Assembly: GCA_041635475.1 (NCBI GenBank)
Contig: JBFKVA010000001.1
Coordinates: 1 to 62,793 of the forward strand
DNA from: Acidimicrobiia bacterium
GTDB lineage: Bacteria > Actinomycetota > Acidimicrobiia > Spongiisociales > JAENVV01
Reading direction: 5' to 3'
Length of the DNA: 62,793 nt
Below are positions 58,012 to 62,793 of the stretch, piece by piece. The notes below the pieces were generated by a model that saw only the letters and a program-made list of their open reading frames with translations, made no database searches and was not told the DNA's origin. The position numbers were made by a program, and so were the translations under genes. The stretch's first letter is position 1, and each line of letters starts with the position of its first letter.

Positions 58012-60524
58012 TGGTTCCCTCCGGTGGTGACGATTCCTCTGTCGACGGAGCGTAGGGCGGTGACGGCCGCGTCTGCCACTGCTGGCTCGGCGTCGCGAAC
58101 CTGCCGGAGGAGGTCGAGCAGTTGGCGTGCCACCCTGACGAAATCGCCGGCGGTCACCGGCGAGCGGTCCATGAGATCGTCAAGGTCCGCGCCCTGGCTC
58201 CAGGCGTAGGCCAGGTCGGCGAACCCGAACTCGGGAGGACGGGTCTCGGGAAGTCGGGACGCACGTTCGTCGGACACGATCGTTCGCCACAGCGCCACCA
58301 CCTGCCCCCCGATCCGGGCGGTCCGCTCGTTGGGGAAGGCGTCGCGCACCTCCTCGGCCCGGGGTTCGAAGACGAAGGCCGAGACGAGGGCGGCCAGCTC
58401 CGCCGCAGTGCAGTCGGCGAACAAGCCCTGCCGCAGGCACTCGCTGACGAGAAGGTCCTGCTCGGAGTAGATCCGCCGGAGGCGGACCCCGGGTGGCTCG
58501 AGGCTCCAGCCCGAGACGTAGCCCCGCGTCTCGAGGAGCTTGAGGACCGCCCGGAACTCGTCGACGAGGGTGCCATGGGCTGAGGCCCCCGCCCGCTCCA
58601 GTTTCGACTCGATGTCGCGCACGCGTCGGGCTGCCTTCGAGTGCGCGTCGCGGTCGGGACACGCCTCGACCGGGTGCGGCTCCCGGGTTGTGTCCACGGA
58701 CATCAGCGACCTGCTCTGGCGCGACCGGAACCGGCGCAGCTCCTGGACGGTCTGCTGTCGAAACCGCTTGTCACGGGGTCGGAACGGGCCCTTCCAGGTG
58801 ATCGAGCCGAGCACGGCGCTGCCTTCCCCGAGGTCGTCGAGGGTCAGCTTCGCTTCCTTCCCCCCCGCCGAGAGGGCATGCAGTCGCGGATCGGTACCAA
58901 GCTCCCGCTTGAGCAGGACGTACCGGCCCGGACGCCTCCCCTTGGGGATCTCGATGACGTCGCCCGGTCGGAGGAGGTCGACCGCCCCCATCGACGGACG
59001 CCCTGGAGTCTGGCCGTCGATGTACTCCCAGATCGAACCCAGGGCGCACTCCGCCGTCGGGGCGATCGCCGCCAACTCGGTCCGCAGCGCGGTGATCCGC
59101 TCGGTTTCCTTCTCTTCTTGGCCGGCTCGCTGGAACTGGGCCAGGGACGCATTGAGGAGCTCCTCTGCCCGAGCCTGGTCGTAGTTGGCCACCAGGTTGA
59201 CGGCCATGTTGTAGGTGGGGCGAAAGGAGCTGAGCAGCATGCTGGACCCGGCCCCGGCGAGTTCGACGACCTTGCCGAACGGGACGTACGGTGAGTGGAG
59301 GACGACGCCAAAGCCGACCTCGTCGATTCCCCGCCTTCCCGCCCTTCCTGTGAGCTGGGTGTACTCCGACGGCGTCATGAGTTCGTGGGTCTCACCGGTG
59401 AACTTCGTCAGCGAGTCCAGGACGACCGCCCGGGCCGGCATGTTGATCCCGACGGCCAGCGTCTCGGTGGCGAATACGACGTCGAGGAGGGCGCGGGCGA
59501 AGAGTTCCTCGACCGCCTCCTTGAAGGCTGGCACCATCCCCGCGTGGTGGGCGGCGACGCCGCGTTCGAGTTGGGAGAGCCATTGCCCGTGGTCGAGGAC
59601 GGCCAGGTCCCGGTCCGAGAGGAACCGGAGGTGGGCATCGACGATCTCGTGGATGGCGTCGATCTGTCCCGGGGACTTGCGCTGGGCAGTCGTGGCCACC
59701 GCGGAGGCCGCCTGTTCACATCCCCTGCGGGAGAAGATGAAGTAGATGGCCGGCAGCATTCCCCCGGCCCGAAGGGCTTCGAGGGTCTCTCCTCGCCGAG
59801 GCGTGACGAAGCGCCGGGGTGCCCTACCGCCCCGGTGGGCGGCTCCCGTCCTCGCCGCCAGGCGGCGTTGGATGGAGGGATTCGGACCTCCTCGGGAGAA
59901 CAGCGGGAGGAGCTCGACCCGGTCGTCGCGCCACCGGTCCTTGATGCCGTAGACGGCTTCCAGGGGCACCGGCCTGTGCTCCTCCAGGACGAGTTCGGCG
60001 TGTCCCCGACGGCGGGCGATCCATTTCGTGAGCTGGTCAGGGTTGGCGATGGTTGCCGAAAGACACACGAGCTGCGCGGTGGGAGGCGCGTGGATGATGA
60101 CCTCCTCCCACACCGCTCCCCTGCTCTTGTCACCCAGGTAGTGGACCTCGTCGAGGATGATGATGCGCAAGCCGTCCAGCGCCGCTGAGCGGGCGTGGAT
60201 CATGTTGCGCAGGACCTCGGTCGTCATGACGATGATCGGCGCGTCCGGGTTCACCGAGTTGTCGCCGGTGAGCAGGCCCACATCCTCGGGTCCGTATCGG
60301 TGAACGAGGTCGCCCCACTTCTGGTTGGAGAGGGCTTTGATCGGCGTGGTGTAGAAGGCCCTCCCCCCGCCCAGCACGGCCATCTCCACGGCCGCCTCGG
60401 CGATCACCGTCTTACCCGCCCCGGTCGGGGCGGTGACAACGACGCTCGTGCCCGCCTCTATCGCCGATACCGCCTCCACCTGGAACGGGTCTGGGGAGAA
60501 CGGCAGGTCGTCCAGGAAACCCAT
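58008..60524 (-). CDS. helY: Ski2-like DEAD/DEAH box helicase HelY
   Basis: APTGAGKT, PIKALSNQK, DEVH, LSAT, FIFSR, HHAG, QLTGRAGRRG, DSHCT GDFVR. Confidence 0.94.
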   Translation of the reverse strand: MGFLDDLPFSPDPFQVEAVSAIEAGTSVVVTAPTGAGKTVIAEAAVEMAVLGGGRAFYTTPIKALSNQKWGDLVHRYGPEDVGLLTGDNSVNPDAPIIVMTTEVLRNMIHARSAALDGLRIIILDEVHYLGDKSRGAVWEEVIIHAPPTAQLVCLSATIANPDQLTKWIARRRGHAELVLEEHRPVPLEAVYGIKDRWRDDRVELLPLFSRGGPNPSIQRRLAARTGAAHRGGRAPRRFVTPRRGETLEALRAGGMLPAIYFIFSRRGCEQAASAVATTAQRKSPGQIDAIHEIVDAHLRFLSDRDLAVLDHGQWLSQLERGVAAHHAGMVPAFKEAVEELFARALLDVVFATETLAVGINMPARAVVLDSLTKFTGETHELMTPSEYTQLTGRAGRRGIDEVGFGVVLHSPYVPFGKVVELAGAGSSMLLSSFRPTYNMAVNLVANYDQARAEELLNASLAQFQRAGQEEKETERITALRTELAAIAPTAECALGSIWEYIDGQTPGRPSMGAVDLLRPGDVIEIPKGRRPGRYVLLKRELGTDPRLHALSAGGKEAKLTLDDLGEGSAVLGSITWKGPFRPRDKRFRQQTVQELRRFRSRQSRSLMSVDTTREPHPVEACPDRDAHSKAARRVRDIESKLERAGASAHGTLVDEFRAVLKLLETRGYVSGWSLEPPGVRLRRIYSEQDLLVSECLRQGLFADCTAAELAALVSAFVFEPRAEEVRDAFPNERTARIGGQVVALWRTIVSDERASRLPETRPPEFGFADLAYAWSQGADLDDLMDRSPVTAGDFVRVARQLLDLLRQVRDAEPAVADAAVTALRSVDRGIVTTGGNQ

Positions 60525-60528
60525 CCGG

Positions 60529-61245
60529 CTACTTTCGCAGGATGAGCCGGATGAGCAGGATCGTCACCTCATAGAGGGCATACAGGGGCCCGGCGAGGAT
60601 GAAGAGCGTGAACGCATCCCCCGTCGGGGTGGCGGCCGCGGAAACGATCACGATGATCAGCACGGCCCAGCGGCGGCCACTCCGCAGCCGCTGCGACGAG
60701 ATGAACCCGGCCGCAGCCCCGGCGAACAGGAACACCGGGAACTCGAACGTGAGGCCGAACACGAGAAGGAAGCGAAGCGCGAACGAGACGTACTCCCCGA
60801 TGGCCGGTTGATACTCGACCTCGAGGAACCCGCCGAGGACCTCCAGGGCCCGCGGCAGGATGGAGTAGGCGAACACAACGCCGGTGGAGAAGAGGATGAC
60901 GAGGCTCGCCACGATCGGGACGGTCCACTTCTTCTCCCGCTTGGTGAGCCCGGGAGACACGAACGCCCACACCTGGTAGAAGACGATCGGGCTGGCCAGC
61001 ACGAACCCGGCGAACCCGGACACCCGCATCGCCACCGAGAACGGTTCTGCCGCCCGGATCGCCTGCAGGCGTCCGTCGGGGAACACCTCGAGGTAGGGGG
61101 CGGCCACGACGTCGAACAGCTGCTGGTAGAAGGCGAGGGCGACCGCGAAGCCGAGGACGATCGCCACCGCAGCCCTGAAGAGCCGGTTGCGAAGCTCGAC
61201 GAGGTGCTCGAGAAGGGAAGAGGTCTTCTCGCCCGACTCGGTCAC
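60529..61245 (-). CDS. tatC: Twin-arginine translocase subunit TatC
   Basis: LLEHLVELRNRL, YQVWAFVSPGL, FEFP, TPTGD, LYE. Confidence 0.96.
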   Translation of the reverse strand: MTESGEKTSSLLEHLVELRNRLFRAAVAIVLGFAVALAFYQQLFDVVAAPYLEVFPDGRLQAIRAAEPFSVAMRVSGFAGFVLASPIVFYQVWAFVSPGLTKREKKWTVPIVASLVILFSTGVVFAYSILPRALEVLGGFLEVEYQPAIGEYVSFALRFLLVFGLTFEFPVFLFAGAAAGFISSQRLRSGRRWAVLIIVIVSAAATPTGDAFTLFILAGPLYALYEVTILLIRLILRK

Positions 61246-61607
61246 GACTCGGGGTCCTCGTCCTCGTCCGACGGGGACTCGAGCGCCGAGAAGTCCTCGC
61301 CGGCATCAGCGGGCGTCGGGCCCTGGTCGTGGACCGGGCCCTTCCATTCGAGCATGGAAGCCGACTCCGTGGCCACGTCCTTGACGTCGGCGGAAAGGTC
61401 CTTGAGCGGCGCCACGGCTTCCTCGAAAGGCTTCTTGACGTCGCCGATTTCGGCCTCCAACGCGACGCGGAAGTCGTTGGCGACGGTTCGGATCTCCCGC
61501 ATCCAGCCCCCCACCTTGGATGCCAGTTCCGGGAGGCGCTGAGGTCCGAAGACGAGGAGGGCCACCACGAGGATGACGAGGTACTCGGTCCCGTTGATCG
61601 ATGGCAC
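61242..61607 (-). CDS. tatB: Twin-arginine translocase TatA/TatB family subunit (TatB-like)
   Basis: EYLVILVVALLVFGPQRLPE, amphipathic helix, acidic tail. Confidence 0.88.
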   Translation of the reverse strand: MPSINGTEYLVILVVALLVFGPQRLPELASKVGGWMREIRTVANDFRVALEAEIGDVKKPFEEAVAPLKDLSADVKDVATESASMLEWKGPVHDQGPTPADAGEDFSALESPSDEDEDPES

Positions 61608-61671
61608 GCAGTTGAGTGTATCCCGCCCATGCCGGGGACGGCCCAGCGGCGACGAAGTCCGCGCAGGTCGG

Positions 61672-61959
61672 TCAGAGCATCCGGGTGGGAGCGGGTTCGG
61701 CGTGGAGCGCCCGGGAGAAGGCGATGATCTCGGCTTCGGTGATCTGCTCGTGACTGCCGGCGGATCGCGTGGGTACGCCTGCGGCCTGGAGGAGAAGGAC
61801 GATCCGCGGAGCTGCGTCGCGAGCCTGGAGGTCGAAGCACGATGGGCACACGAACGAGTACTGACCCTCTGTCGCGTTGGTGGGTACCTCGAGCAGCATC
61901 TGATGGACGAACAACTCGATGGTTCCGCACGTTGCGCAAGTGGTCTTGATCGTTGTCAT
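61672..61959 (-). CDS. Small zinc-ribbon hypothetical protein
   Basis: TIKTTCATCG...YSFVCPSC...LLQAAGV...ITEAEIIAF; GAGG RBS. Confidence 0.75.
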   Translation of the reverse strand: MTTIKTTCATCGTIELFVHQMLLEVPTNATEGQYSFVCPSCFDLQARDAAPRIVLLLQAAGVPTRSAGSHEQITEAEIIAFSRALHAEPAPTRML

Positions 61960-62034
61960 GGTGAACGCCCTCGGTGAGGTTGCACGACGAGTATCGGCCC
62001 CACATCCCGTGGCTTGAGCAGAAAGCTGGAGCGA

Positions 62035-62793
62035 TCAGTGGTGGTATCGGGCCAGCACCGCGGAGCGAAGCGCACCCAACTCGGTGGCCACCGCCCCAGC
62101 CGATACCAGTTCGGCCTCCGGCCCGAGTCGAAGCAGGAGGCGGGCAATGACACCGGCGCTGGGCGCTGCCATCTCGACGGTCATCCCGGCGCCATCGTCC
62201 TCGACGACGGCCACCGGGTAGTACTCCGCCACCCAGCGCCCGCCGGGTCGCAGCCGCAGCGTCGCCTTCACGTCGTCGTCGGACGGGACGTACCGTTGCT
62301 CGGGGTCGGGGAGCGTCGGGGGCGGGACGAACACCTCGTCGGTTCGGATTGCCCGCCGGATCCGATCGACCCGAAACCGCCGCTCGGCCCCGGAGCGGCG
62401 ACACCAGGCGTCCAGGTACCACTGTCCCCGGCTGGTCACGAGTTGCCACGGCTCGACGATCCGCTCGGTCGTCTCCTCCTTGCCCAGTGAGGTGTAGGTG
62501 ATTTGCAGGACGCCGTTGGACTCGATCGCCTCCCGCAGGCCGCCCAACATCTCCTCGTCGGCGGTGATGGTCACGGCGACCACCTCCGCACCGTCGGCCA
62601 CGAGGACGCCAAGCAGCTTCTCGACCGCCGAGGAAAGTGGCTCGGAACCTTCACCGGCGGCCTGCAGCGTGAGGGCGGCTGCGATGAGTGCCAGTCCCTC
62701 CTCGGGACTCAGGCGAAGCGGTTGGGCGAAGTAGTCGGCCATGTCCACGACCACTTCGTCCTCGTCCACGTAGGCCACCATCAGCTCTCCGGG
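62035..62793 (-). CDS. pafC: WYL domain transcriptional regulator PafC-like (5' end outside window)
   Basis: PLRLSPEEG, ITYTS...ERIVEP, WYLDAWC, RRFRVDRI, LLLRLG; upstream of tat and helY. Confidence 0.88.
   Translation of the reverse strand, partial: PGELMVAYVDEDEVVVDMADYFAQPLRLSPEEGLALIAAALTLQAAGEGSEPLSSAVEKLLGVLVADGAEVVAVTITADEEMLGGLREAIESNGVLQITYTSLGKEETTERIVEPWQLVTSRGQWYLDAWCRRSGAERRFRVDRIRRAIRTDEVFVPPPTLPDPEQRYVPSDDDVKATLRLRPGGRWVAEYYPVAVVEDDGAGMTVEMAAPSAGVIARLLLRLGPEAELVSAGAVATELGALRSAVLARYHH

Overview
High-GC bacterial chromosomal window, most likely Actinomycetota of the class Acidimicrobiia. The taxonomy is inferred from the gene set (pafC/tat/helY, garA/DUF151/MerR, tlyA-recN-pyrG-scpAB-der), not from a database search. 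The window starts in the 3' end of an rRNA operon (23S, 5S; + strand). A mixed-strand metabolic region follows (GGT, a degenerate HisA paralog, an arginine succinyltransferase ast cluster, ppk2, a lone tyrosine recombinase, baeRF, ALDH7). From about 19 kb to the end, genes are almost all on the minus strand (rnhB, garA/gcvH cluster, opp ABC transporter, tRNA-Pro, der, ispH, aroA-cmk fusion, scpAB, pyrG, recN, tlyA, helY, tatBC, pafC). The strongest candidate for an undescribed system sits at the strand switch: a perfectly symmetric 28-bp dif-like site (GTGGTGCATAA-CGTCGG-TTATGCACCAC, 18972-18999). It lies 5.3 kb from an intact orphan tyrosine recombinase, and xerD is absent from its usual actinobacterial position between the NUDIX gene and scpA. 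This suggests a single-recombinase chromosome dimer resolution system. Other notable items are a catalytically dead GAPDH paralog translationally coupled to canonical gap, a proteobacterial-type AST pathway without recognisable astD/astE, a HisA paralog lacking its first catalytic Asp and carrying an extra domain, two genes that appear to need non-canonical (CTG) starts, and frequent leaderless promoter architecture. No CRISPR array, IS or prophage was seen. All family assignments come from motif recognition by eye.
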